In this document: piece after piece, positions 18,605 through 27,693 of the stretch
How the letters are laid out: each line of letters starts with the position of its first letter
Numbering within the stretch: position 1 is the stretch's first letter
Source: an uncultured SAR86 cluster bacterium
GTDB taxonomy: Bacteria; Pseudomonadota; Gammaproteobacteria; Magnimaribacterales; D2472
NCBI GenBank assembly: GCA_902528875.1
Contig: CABZTX010000001.1
Span: forward strand, 51,865 to 115,864
DNA: 64,000 nucleotides
Direction of reading: 5' to 3'
Position numbers and translations under genes: made by a program
Notes under the pieces: model-generated
What the model was told of the DNA's origin: nothing
The model's input: only the letters and a program-made list of their open reading frames with translations
Database searches by the model: none

Positions 18605-20263
18605 ATGAAAAAAGAAAATATTTCACCAAAAATCATAACTAATCTAGACACTAAATCAGATCAATATCAAAAAAATAAAGATATGATGCTAGAAAAGCTT
18701 TCATTTTTAGATGGTCTTTTAGATTTAGCAGAAATAGGTGGTGGCATGCACCATCATGAGCGCTTAGCGAAAAGAGGAAAAATGCCCGTAAGGCAAAGAG
18801 TCCTCAACGTTCTTGATCAAGATAGTCCATTTCTTGAAATTCAACCTTTCGCAGCATACGGAACAACAAACTATCATGTGGGAGGTGGTTGTGTATCAGG
18901 AGTTGGAATAATTTCAGGTGTAGAGTGCGTAATATTTGCAAATGATCCAACTGTAAAAGCAGGTGCAATGACAGTATATGTTGGTGAAAAATGGAAACGA
19001 GCAAAAGAGATTGCAAGAGAGAATAAAATCCCATTCATAAGTTTTGTTGAATCTGCTGGTGGCGATCTCAGTGTGGGGAATAGTAGCGGTGACTCTCCTC
19101 CAATTGCTCCTAGTATTCAACAAGGTCATTTTGCCTCAACTGGTAGATTTTTTTATGAAATGACAGAATTATCAAAATTGAGAATACCTGTAATATCAGT
19201 AGTTTTTGGTTCATCAACCGCTGGAGGTGCATACCAACCCGGAATGTCAGACTATAATATTTTTATAAAAGATCAATCAAAAGCCTTTCTAGCAGGGCCA
19301 CCACTTGTCAAAATGGCTACTGGAGAAGAATCTGACGATGAAACATTAGGAGGTGCTCAAATGCATTCAGAGGTTTCTGGTCTTTCAGATTATTTAGCAG
19401 AAGATGAGATGGATGCACTTAGAATTTGTAGAGAAGTCGTATCTCATTTGAACTGGTCCAAAAAGGGTCCCAAGCCAAACATGAAATCTATCGAGCCTAC
19501 ATATGATAAAGATGAATTACTTGGTATTCTAAGTGAAGATCTTAAATCTGCTGTAGACATAAAAGAAATAATTGCAAGGTTTGTTGATGAATCCAGATTT
19601 GAAGAATTTAAGCCTCTTTATGGATCGTCTTTAGTTTGTGGCTGGGCCTCTGTTCACGGATATCAAATCGGTATTATTGGAAATAATGGTCCTATTTATC
19701 CAGAGTCAGCTGAAAAAGGCGCTAGTTTTATTCAACTTTGTAACAAAAGAGACATACCACTTATATTTTTACATAATGTCACTGGTTTTCTTGTTGGTAA
19801 GGATTTTGAAAGGCAAGGTATTATTAAAAAAGGATCTCAGCTTATAAATGCTGTATCTAATTCAATGGTCCCACATATTACATTTATCGTAGGAGCTTCA
19901 TATGGTGCAGGGACTTATGCCATGTCAGGAAAGGCTTTTAATAATAGATTTACTTTTTTGTGGCCTACAGCGAAGATTGCAGTTATGGGTCCTGAGCAAA
20001 TGGCAGGAGTTATGTCCATTGTTAGAAAAGCTAAAGCTAAAAGAGATGGCAAGAAATTTGATGAGAAGGCAGATGAGCAGCTTAAAGCTATGGTAATTGA
20101 ATATCTTGAAAATTTATCTCATGGTCTTGTTGCAAGCAGTATGCTTACAGATGATGGAATTATTGATCCAAGAGATACTCGAGATGTAATTGGATTTTGC
20201 CTATCAATAGTTTGTAATAATGTTATTGAAGGAGCAAAAGAATATGGGGTATTCAGATTATGA
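18605..20263 (+). CDS. Acyl-CoA carboxylase carboxyltransferase (beta) subunit, AtuC/LiuB-like (geranyl-CoA or methylcrotonyl-CoA carboxylase)
   Basis: ATG 18605 (MKKENISPK) preferred over the track start 18551. Paired carboxyltransferase domains (GGGMHHHERLAKRGKMPVRQR, GGAYQPGMSD, GASYGAGTYAM). Confidence 0.88.
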   Translation: MKKENISPKIITNLDTKSDQYQKNKDMMLEKLSFLDGLLDLAEIGGGMHHHERLAKRGKMPVRQRVLNVLDQDSPFLEIQPFAAYGTTNYHVGGGCVSGVGIISGVECVIFANDPTVKAGAMTVYVGEKWKRAKEIARENKIPFISFVESAGGDLSVGNSSGDSPPIAPSIQQGHFASTGRFFYEMTELSKLRIPVISVVFGSSTAGGAYQPGMSDYNIFIKDQSKAFLAGPPLVKMATGEESDDETLGGAQMHSEVSGLSDYLAEDEMDALRICREVVSHLNWSKKGPKPNMKSIEPTYDKDELLGILSEDLKSAVDIKEIIARFVDESRFEEFKPLYGSSLVCGWASVHGYQIGIIGNNGPIYPESAEKGASFIQLCNKRDIPLIFLHNVTGFLVGKDFERQGIIKKGSQLINAVSNSMVPHITFIVGASYGAGTYAMSGKAFNNRFTFLWPTAKIAVMGPEQMAGVMSIVRKAKAKRDGKKFDEKADEQLKAMVIEYLENLSHGLVASSMLTDDGIIDPRDTRDVIGFCLSIVCNNVIEGAKEYGVFRL

Positions 20264-22182
20264 TCTTCAATTCATTATTAATTGCGAACAGAGGTGAAAT
20301 TGCCTGCAGAATTATTAAAACTGCAAGAGAAATGGGTATAAGATCTATTGCTGTATATGTTGATGCAGACAGAGATGCCCTTTTTGTTAATCAGGCTGAT
20401 GAATCAATTAGATTAGAGGACGGAGGATATCTTGATATAAATCAAATAATAATGGCTGCAAAGATGTCTGGCGCACAAGCCATTCATCCAGGTTATGGAT
20501 TTTTATCAGAAAATGCTTCTTTTGCGAGGAAGGTAAAGAAAGAAAAAATAATATGGGTTGGTCCATCTCCAAATGTTATTTCTGTAATGGGAGATAAATT
20601 AAAAGCAAAAGAGTTAGCAATTCAAGCAGATGTCCCTACTCTTCCTATGACATCTAAGCCAAATGAAGCAAAAAAAATAGGCTATCCACTCCTTATAAAA
20701 GCTGCCGCTGGTGGTGGTGGGAAAGGAATGAGAATTGTTTATAAGGAAAGGGATCTTAAAGGGTCAATTCAAAGCGCTCAAAGAGAAGCTAAAAGTGGGT
20801 TTAACGATGAGAGAATTTTTATCGAGAGATATGTAGAAAAATCAAGACATGTAGAAATTCAAATATTAGGAGACTCATTAGGAAATATAATTCATTTAGG
20901 AGAAAGAGAATGCTCAATTCAACGAAGACATCAAAAAATAATAGAGGAATCTCCATCTCCAAGAATTTCTGAAGAAGTAAGAAATAAAATGGGTGAAGCA
21001 GCAGTAAAACTTGCTAAAAAAATTAAATATGAATCAGCTGGCACTGTAGAATTTCTCTTTAATGATCAGACAGAGGAATTTTGGTTTTTAGAAGTTAATA
21101 CAAGGCTTCAAGTTGAACATCCTGTTACTGAGGAAGTTACAGGAATAGACCTTGTTAACGAACAACTTAAAATAGCTAGAGGTGAACCTCTTGAGTACGC
21201 ACAAGAAGATGTTGAGTGGAATGGTTCATCAATTGAAGCAAGATTATATGCAGAGGATCCTGATAATGATTTCCTTCCCGAGATTGGAACTCTCATTGCA
21301 TTTGAAAAAAATGTCTCTGCTGAGGCTAGATGGGATACTGGGGTTAAAACTGGTACAGTCGTTGGAACTGATTTTGATCCAATGCTTGCGAAAGTAATTT
21401 CATATGCTCCAAATAGAACCGATGCAGCAAGTAAATTAGCAAAAGCGCTTCAATCCGCTCATATTGGAGGCGTGAAAACCAACAGAGACTTTCTAATAAA
21501 TTGTCTCCAGTCGAAAGAGTTCATTGATGGGGATACTACATCAGATTTTATCGAAAAAGTGAATCCAAGTAGAAAGCTTGAAATTGATGAGTCACAAATA
21601 GAACATGTAACAACTATTGCAGCTATGTGGATTCAAGAACAAAATAGAAACAATTCTAATGTTGCTAACTTTATGCCATCTGGCTGGACTAATGGCAGGC
21701 TTCCAAATCAAAAGATTGCTTTTGAATATGATAATAAAGAATTTATTGTTGAATATAAAAAAAATAGAAATGGGAAATTTATATTTGCTTCATGCAAAGA
21801 TGCATTTATATTCGCTTGCGACAAAGTTGGAATAGATATGATTTTTGAAGGTAAAAGAAATTATTCCCGAGTTACAGCTACAGAAGATAAGATTTTAGTT
21901 CATATGCCTTTTGGTGATGTAATGCTCGGGTTAAAATCAAGATTTAAAATCCCTGGTATAGAAACTACTGTTGGTGGTCTTACTGCACCAATGCCAGGAA
22001 AAGTTATTGATCTTAAAGTAAAAAAAGGAAAAATGGTCAAAGCTGGAGATACCTTAGTTATTTTAGAAGCAATGAAAATGGAACATTCTATAAAAGCATC
22101 TGAAGACGGCAAAGTAACGGAATTGTATATTTCAATTAATGATCAGGTAGAAAATGGCGCTTTATTAATGGTCGTTAAGTAA
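20260..22182 (+). CDS. Acyl-CoA carboxylase biotin-carrying alpha subunit (biotin carboxylase + BCCP), AtuF/LiuD-like
   Basis: 640 aa. ATGA overlap with the beta subunit. LIANRGEIACRI, GGGGKGMR, EVNTRLQVEHPVTE, and biotinylation motif EAMKMEH near the C-terminus. Confidence 0.93.
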   Translation: MIFNSLLIANRGEIACRIIKTAREMGIRSIAVYVDADRDALFVNQADESIRLEDGGYLDINQIIMAAKMSGAQAIHPGYGFLSENASFARKVKKEKIIWVGPSPNVISVMGDKLKAKELAIQADVPTLPMTSKPNEAKKIGYPLLIKAAAGGGGKGMRIVYKERDLKGSIQSAQREAKSGFNDERIFIERYVEKSRHVEIQILGDSLGNIIHLGERECSIQRRHQKIIEESPSPRISEEVRNKMGEAAVKLAKKIKYESAGTVEFLFNDQTEEFWFLEVNTRLQVEHPVTEEVTGIDLVNEQLKIARGEPLEYAQEDVEWNGSSIEARLYAEDPDNDFLPEIGTLIAFEKNVSAEARWDTGVKTGTVVGTDFDPMLAKVISYAPNRTDAASKLAKALQSAHIGGVKTNRDFLINCLQSKEFIDGDTTSDFIEKVNPSRKLEIDESQIEHVTTIAAMWIQEQNRNNSNVANFMPSGWTNGRLPNQKIAFEYDNKEFIVEYKKNRNGKFIFASCKDAFIFACDKVGIDMIFEGKRNYSRVTATEDKILVHMPFGDVMLGLKSRFKIPGIETTVGGLTAPMPGKVIDLKVKKGKMVKAGDTLVILEAMKMEHSIKASEDGKVTELYISINDQVENGALLMVVK

Positions 22183-22189
22183 TTTTTGA

Positions 22190-22798
22190 ATGCACAATAT
22201 CAAATACAAAATAAATTCTTTTGAAAATAAAAATCCAAAATTATTTACAAAAAGGCATCATGAAATTGCAGAGGCTCTTGAAAGGCTTTTAGAAAAAGGT
22301 GTGCCAGAACTTACAATGTCTCAGATTGCAAAAAGACTTAAAATTTCTTTAAGAACTTTATACGAAATAGCGCCAAGTAGAGACAAGCTAATATTAATGA
22401 CAATGGATAATATCCTTAAAAAATTAGGTAAATTTGCTATGGATTCTGTTTCTGATATTGATTCACCAATAAAAAAATTAGAAAAATATCTTTTCATAGT
22501 TAATCAAGCCGTTGGTCCAAAATTTGATACATTTTTAAAAGATATTGAAAAAATTAATGGATCAAAGAAAATGGCAGACTATCATGAAAATTTCATTAAA
22601 AATATCATTAAAAGGCTACTTCAAGAAGCTATCCAAAAAAATGAAATAAAAAAAATTGATGTTAAGGCTTTTTCTATTCTTTTAGGAGGTATTGGAAGAG
22701 AATTTTTTAAAGAAAAGAATAAGAATTCAATTGACTTAACACCAGAAAAATCTGCTAACTCAATAACTAGAATTATTTTAAATGGTATCAAACTATAA
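22190..22798 (+). CDS. TetR-family transcriptional regulator (AtuR-like by position)
   Basis: 202 aa. N-terminal HTH LTMSQIAKRLKISLRTLYEIAPSRDKL. Confidence 0.8.
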   Translation: MHNIKYKINSFENKNPKLFTKRHHEIAEALERLLEKGVPELTMSQIAKRLKISLRTLYEIAPSRDKLILMTMDNILKKLGKFAMDSVSDIDSPIKKLEKYLFIVNQAVGPKFDTFLKDIEKINGSKKMADYHENFIKNIIKRLLQEAIQKNEIKKIDVKAFSILLGGIGREFFKEKNKNSIDLTPEKSANSITRIILNGIKL

Positions 22799-22802
22799 TC
22801 TT

Positions 22803-24575
22803 ATGAATAAAGAATTTATAAAAATTGCAAACTGCAGTGGGTTTTATGGTGATAAGTTATCTGCTGCAAAAGATCTTGTTGAGGGTGGTCCTATTGACGT
22901 TTTAACTGGAGATTACCTCGCAGAATTGACAATGGCGATTCTTTTTAGTCAAAAAATGCAAAGAGGTGAGGATAAAGGATACGTCGGGACCTTCCTAAAA
23001 CAAATTAATGACATAGCAAAGTCCTGTAAAGAAAAAAATATTAAAATTGTTAGTAATGCTGGCGGCTTAAATCCAAAATCAATGGCTGATGAAATTGAAA
23101 AAATTTTAAAGGATCAATCTGTAGATATGAAAGTAGCTTATATTGATGGTGATGATTTAATGTCAAGAATCCCTGATCTAACTGAATCTGGTGAAACATT
23201 TAAAAATATTGATAAGAATGTGAAACTTGATGATTCTGGTCATTCGCCATTGACGGCCAATGCATATCTTGGAGCATGGGGTATTAAAGAAGCATTAGAT
23301 AATGGCGCTGATATTGTTGTATGCCCAAGGGTCACTGACGCTGCAGTAGTGATTGGCCCAGCTGCATGGAAATTTAATTGGGCCAGAGACAATTACGATG
23401 CATTAGCAGGTGCTTTAGCTGCTGGTCATATTATTGAATGTGGGTGTCAAGCCACAGGTGGAAATTATGCTTTCTTCAAAGAGGTTAAAAGCTTTGATAA
23501 TGTTGGCTATCCAATTACTGAAATTTATGAAGATGGAAGTTTTTACATCACAAAACATCAAAATACCGGGGGTCTTGTATCTAAAGGGACAGTTACTGCT
23601 CAGCTTTTGTACGAAATTAGTTCTCCTGCATATGTAAATCCAGATGTGATAGCTCATTTCGATACTTTAAAAATTGAAGAAATTGAAGAGGATAAAGTAT
23701 TTGTGTCAGGCTGCAGAGGAAGCTCTCCACCAAAAAAACACAAAGTCTGTATTAATCTTGCAAGTGGTTTCAGAAATGGAATGGAAGTTATTCTGACAGG
23801 TTTAGATATTGAAGATAAGGCTAAAGTATTTACTGATGCATTGTTTAATTCAGTAGGAGGGAAAGATCAGTTTGATGAAGTTTCAATTCAATTACATAGA
23901 ACGGACAAAGAAAATCCATCAACCAATGAAGAAGCAATGGCTTCCCTTTTAATTTCAGTAAAATCTAAAGATCAAAATTTAGTTGGAAGACTGTTCAGTG
24001 CAAAAATAATTGAATTGGCTCTAGCTAACATCCCTGGTTTCTTTGCACAGGGAGGTGTTAAATCTAGTGGCCCAGTTGTCCTATATTGGCCAGCTCTTGT
24101 AGACAGTAAGTACATTAAAGAAAAGGTGCATATTGATGGGAAAGAGATAGAGGTTTTACCAACAAGCCAATTAGAATTAGATGAAATTTATTATCAGAAA
24201 GAGCCAATTAAAGTTAAAAAAATAAAGATAGAAGACGAAAGAGATATATATTTTGGTGATATATATGGAACAAGGTCTGGTGATAAAGGTGGTTGTGCAA
24301 ATCTTGGAATTTGGGCAAAAAACTCAAATGCATTTGGGTTTCTTCATAATTTTTTAACAGTAGAAAAACTAAAAGAACTTCTACCAGACTTGAAAGACTT
24401 TAAAATCGAAAGGTATGAACTATCAAACATAAATTCATTAAATTTTTATATACACGACATACTTCAAGATGGTGTATCCTCTAATGATAGAAAAGATGCT
24501 CAGGCAAAATCTTTAGGTGAGTATCTAAGAGCGAAAAAAATAAAAGTTCCACAAAGTATTATTGGAGAATTGTAA
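22803..24575 (+). CDS. atuA: Acyclic terpene utilisation AtuA family protein (DUF1446)
   Basis: ATG 22803 lies 5 nt after the TetR stop. IANCSGFYGDKLSAAKDLVEGGPIDVLTGDYLAELTM, GHIIECGCQATGGN, C-terminal TRSGDKGGCANLGIW. Confidence 0.8.
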   Translation: MNKEFIKIANCSGFYGDKLSAAKDLVEGGPIDVLTGDYLAELTMAILFSQKMQRGEDKGYVGTFLKQINDIAKSCKEKNIKIVSNAGGLNPKSMADEIEKILKDQSVDMKVAYIDGDDLMSRIPDLTESGETFKNIDKNVKLDDSGHSPLTANAYLGAWGIKEALDNGADIVVCPRVTDAAVVIGPAAWKFNWARDNYDALAGALAAGHIIECGCQATGGNYAFFKEVKSFDNVGYPITEIYEDGSFYITKHQNTGGLVSKGTVTAQLLYEISSPAYVNPDVIAHFDTLKIEEIEEDKVFVSGCRGSSPPKKHKVCINLASGFRNGMEVILTGLDIEDKAKVFTDALFNSVGGKDQFDEVSIQLHRTDKENPSTNEEAMASLLISVKSKDQNLVGRLFSAKIIELALANIPGFFAQGGVKSSGPVVLYWPALVDSKYIKEKVHIDGKEIEVLPTSQLELDEIYYQKEPIKVKKIKIEDERDIYFGDIYGTRSGDKGGCANLGIWAKNSNAFGFLHNFLTVEKLKELLPDLKDFKIERYELSNINSLNFYIHDILQDGVSSNDRKDAQAKSLGEYLRAKKIKVPQSIIGEL

Positions 24576-24576
24576 G

Positions 24577-25362
24577 ATGACTAAATTATCTTTAGAGGGT
24601 TTAAAATTTTCAGCAACTGAACTTGAAATTGAAAATAATATTATGAGAATTACCCTCAATAGGCCTGAGAAAAAAAATGCTTTGAACAACGTCATGATGA
24701 ATGAAATTAATTATGCATTAGCATACGCAAAACAGGAAAAGACTATAAGAGTGGTGGTATTTGCAGCTAAAGGAGATATCTTTTGTGCTGGAGCAGATTT
24801 ATCTAGAACTAAATCTGAATCAAACGTACCAAAGCTAGATAATGCTGATGATATCAGCCTATCCATAAGACATTTATACAAGCCTGTCATTTGTAAAATT
24901 CAAGGTCCTGTTCTTGCAGGTGCGCTTTTGATTGTTTCAAATTCAACTCATGCAATTGCAGTAGATGAAGCCACATTTTCAGCTCCCGAGATTCATAGAG
25001 GATTATGGCCCTTTATGGTAATGGCAGGTTTATTTAGAATAATGCCAAAAAGAGCAGGATTAGATTTTATAATGAGAGGTAAGCCAATTGATTCAAAAAA
25101 AGCTCAGGAATGGGGTTTGATAAATGAATCTGTAAAAAATGAAGAACTTAATCAAAGAGTTGATAAACTTGCTGATGAACTTGCAAGTTTGGCACCTGAA
25201 ACAATGCAATTTGGACTTGAAGCATACGAGAAGCAGGATTCAAAAAGCTTTGATGAAGCACTTCCATATTTAAAAGAGCAAATAACTAAATGCTTTGAAG
25301 GTAAAAATGCAAAAGAAGGAATAACTGCATTTCTTGAAAAAAGAAAGCCAAATTGGGATTAG
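24577..25362 (+). CDS. Enoyl-CoA hydratase/isomerase (AtuE-like by context)
   Basis: GGAGAA lies 8 nt upstream of ATG 24577. Crotonase motifs VVVFAAKGDIFCAGADL, C-terminal EGITAFLEKRKPNW. Confidence 0.85.
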   Translation: MTKLSLEGLKFSATELEIENNIMRITLNRPEKKNALNNVMMNEINYALAYAKQEKTIRVVVFAAKGDIFCAGADLSRTKSESNVPKLDNADDISLSIRHLYKPVICKIQGPVLAGALLIVSNSTHAIAVDEATFSAPEIHRGLWPFMVMAGLFRIMPKRAGLDFIMRGKPIDSKKAQEWGLINESVKNEELNQRVDKLADELASLAPETMQFGLEAYEKQDSKSFDEALPYLKEQITKCFEGKNAKEGITAFLEKRKPNWD

Positions 25363-25374
25363 ATTGGAGATTAT

Positions 25375-26601
25375 ATGGATTTAAATTTTGGAACAGAATA
25401 CAAAGATTTTACGAGTGAAGTAAAAGATTTTTGTAAAAAATATTCAGGAATTCACTTCTCTGATTCATCTAAAGTACCTTTATCTGGATCATATAAGTCT
25501 GGTGAAATACAAATGAAAAGATCGGATTGGCAAAAGATCTTAATAGAAAAAGGCTATTTTGCAAGATCAATTCCAAAAGAATATGGCGGTTATGGTGGCG
25601 AAAGTGACATTATAAAAAGTAGAATAATTGCCGAAGAGTTTGCAAAAGCAAAAATACCTCCACCAATGGGTGGTCAAGGAATAGATATGCTTGTTCCTAC
25701 ACTTTTAGAATTAGGAACTAGAGAACAAAAAGAAAAATATATTAAACCTACCCTGCTTGGTGAAATTATATGGTGTCAGGGATATTCAGAACCAAATGCT
25801 GGCAGTGATCTTGCAAGTCTTCAAACTAAAGGAGAATTAATTAAAGGGAACTGGGTAATTAATGGTCAAAAAATTTGGACGAGTACTGCTCAATACTCAC
25901 AAATGATGTTTTGCTTAGTAAGAACCGAACCTGAAGCAACAAAACATGCTGGCATAAGTTATTTGTTAATTCCAATGGATACTCCGGGAATTGAAATTAG
26001 GCCATTAGTAGACATGACTCTTAATGCTGGATTCAATGAAGTATTTTTTACAGATGTAACAATTCCAGAGGAAAACATTGTTGGAAAAAGAGGAGAAGGA
26101 TGGTCCGTTGCAAACGCAACATTAGGCCATGAGAGAGGTTCTTTGTCTGATCCTAATGCAATGATGAATAGATTAAATTCACTTATAGAAAGAATGAAGC
26201 AAGAAACTATAAATGGTGAAAAAGTAATTGATAATCCAATTTACAGGGACAAACTAATGAAAATTCAAGGTAAGGTTATTGCATTTCAATCTAATTCACT
26301 TCGCGTTTTGTCTGCGAAACTTAATAAAAATCAAGATGTAAAAATTGCTGGAATGATTCAAAAGCTTGTTGGCACAGAACTAAGACACGAGCTTGAGGGT
26401 TTTGCAATAGATATTATGGGTGAATTGGGAACACTATATGAGAATAGTCCTAATTTGAGGGACGGTGGCTCATGGCAAGTTGCATATATGTATTTTCTTG
26501 GATTGATAATTGGTGGAGGAACCAGCCAAATACAAAAAAATATTATTTCTGAAAGAGGTCTTGGTATGCCAAAAGAACCTAAGGTTCAACAAGGATCATA
26601 G
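25375..26601 (+). CDS. Acyl-CoA dehydrogenase family protein
   Basis: 408 aa. Paralog of 9771..10964 (IWCQGYSEPNAGSDLASL, INGQKIWTS), but the C-terminal motif is IIGGGTSQIQ, with Gly where the canonical Glu sits. Confidence 0.88.
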   Translation: MDLNFGTEYKDFTSEVKDFCKKYSGIHFSDSSKVPLSGSYKSGEIQMKRSDWQKILIEKGYFARSIPKEYGGYGGESDIIKSRIIAEEFAKAKIPPPMGGQGIDMLVPTLLELGTREQKEKYIKPTLLGEIIWCQGYSEPNAGSDLASLQTKGELIKGNWVINGQKIWTSTAQYSQMMFCLVRTEPEATKHAGISYLLIPMDTPGIEIRPLVDMTLNAGFNEVFFTDVTIPEENIVGKRGEGWSVANATLGHERGSLSDPNAMMNRLNSLIERMKQETINGEKVIDNPIYRDKLMKIQGKVIAFQSNSLRVLSAKLNKNQDVKIAGMIQKLVGTELRHELEGFAIDIMGELGTLYENSPNLRDGGSWQVAYMYFLGLIIGGGTSQIQKNIISERGLGMPKEPKVQQGS

Positions 26602-26602
26602 T

Positions 26603-27691
26603 ATGTACTTTGGTTTGTCAGATGATCAGATTTTTTTTCAAGATAACGTAAAAAAGTTTCTTGAGGATAATGCTCCTTTGGATGTTATAAAAAAAATTGC
26701 GAATAATGAAGATAAATTAAGCAAAGATGATTTACATAGAGGCATAATAAATTTGGGAATAAATAATTTGTTAGTTCCTGAGATAAATGGTGGCCTTGGG
26801 TTAGATTTGCTATTTGCCTCTGCGGTTGCACAAAGTCTGGGAGAAGGAATAGCTACTGTGCCATTTATTGGTTCTTATGTTATGGCGCCAATTTCACTCT
26901 GTTATGGTGCAAGTGACGAACAAAAAAAAGTTTATCTAGAATTAATGGCGGATAATAAAATTAATTTTTGTGTTGGCTTCTCAGAATTCTTTGGATCAAG
27001 AGATAATTCAGAAATCACGATATCAGACAACTTAATAAATGGTAAAACTACATTTGTAATTGATAATGACTATGCGACACATGCAATGATATCTGATAAA
27101 AATGGTCAAATTGGAGTTGTTTCTTTAGACTCATCTGGGATAAAAATTATTGACTTAGTAACAGTTGATAAGACTAGGACATTTAAAGAAATGCATTTTA
27201 AAGATACAGAAATAGATATACTTTGTAAGAGCATTAATTCAAAGGAAGCTATTTATAAAGCAATGAATGCTGGACGAATAGTCGCTGCAGCAGATTCACT
27301 GGGTGCATCGCAGGCAATGATTGATAGAGCAGTGGCGTATTCAAAAGAAAGAAAACAATTTAATAGAGTCATTGGTTCTTTTCAAGCAGTAAAACATATG
27401 TGTGCAGAAATAGTTTCTGAATTAGAGCCATGTTATTCATTAATTTGGCATGCAGCTCATTCTTTTGATACCAATGAAAAAAATCAGTCATTAATGGCTT
27501 GTCATGCAAAATCTCATACTTCAGATATTTCAAAGAAAGTATCTAAAATAGCAACTGAAGTTCATGGAGGAATGGGATTTACCGATTTATTAGGCTTACA
27601 CTATTGGTTCAAGAGAATTGGTTTAAATAGGCATTTGTTAGGATCTCCTGAAATTTTAAGAGAAGAAGCTGCTAAAGCTCAAGGCTTATAA
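26603..27691 (+). CDS. Acyl-CoA dehydrogenase family protein (beta-like partner)
   Basis: ATG 26603 is 1 nt after the upstream stop; the track's 26510 start overlaps the previous gene. IGSFQAVKHMCAE, EVHGGMGFTD. No canonical C-terminal Glu (LLGSPEIL). Confidence 0.82.
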   Translation: MYFGLSDDQIFFQDNVKKFLEDNAPLDVIKKIANNEDKLSKDDLHRGIINLGINNLLVPEINGGLGLDLLFASAVAQSLGEGIATVPFIGSYVMAPISLCYGASDEQKKVYLELMADNKINFCVGFSEFFGSRDNSEITISDNLINGKTTFVIDNDYATHAMISDKNGQIGVVSLDSSGIKIIDLVTVDKTRTFKEMHFKDTEIDILCKSINSKEAIYKAMNAGRIVAAADSLGASQAMIDRAVAYSKERKQFNRVIGSFQAVKHMCAEIVSELEPCYSLIWHAAHSFDTNEKNQSLMACHAKSHTSDISKKVSKIATEVHGGMGFTDLLGLHYWFKRIGLNRHLLGSPEILREEAAKAQGL

Positions 27692-27693
27692 GT

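Noticed and set aside
9729-26602. Long N-terminal extensions proposed by the ORF track (9729, 18551, 22782, 24562, 26510; also 13484, 13540, 41064, 50530, 51865)
   Set aside because: The extensions overlap the upstream gene or an intergenic promoter, begin at GTG or TTG, and add non-conserved residues. Internal ATGs directly after the upstream stop or behind a GGAG-type RBS give N-termini that match the family norm.
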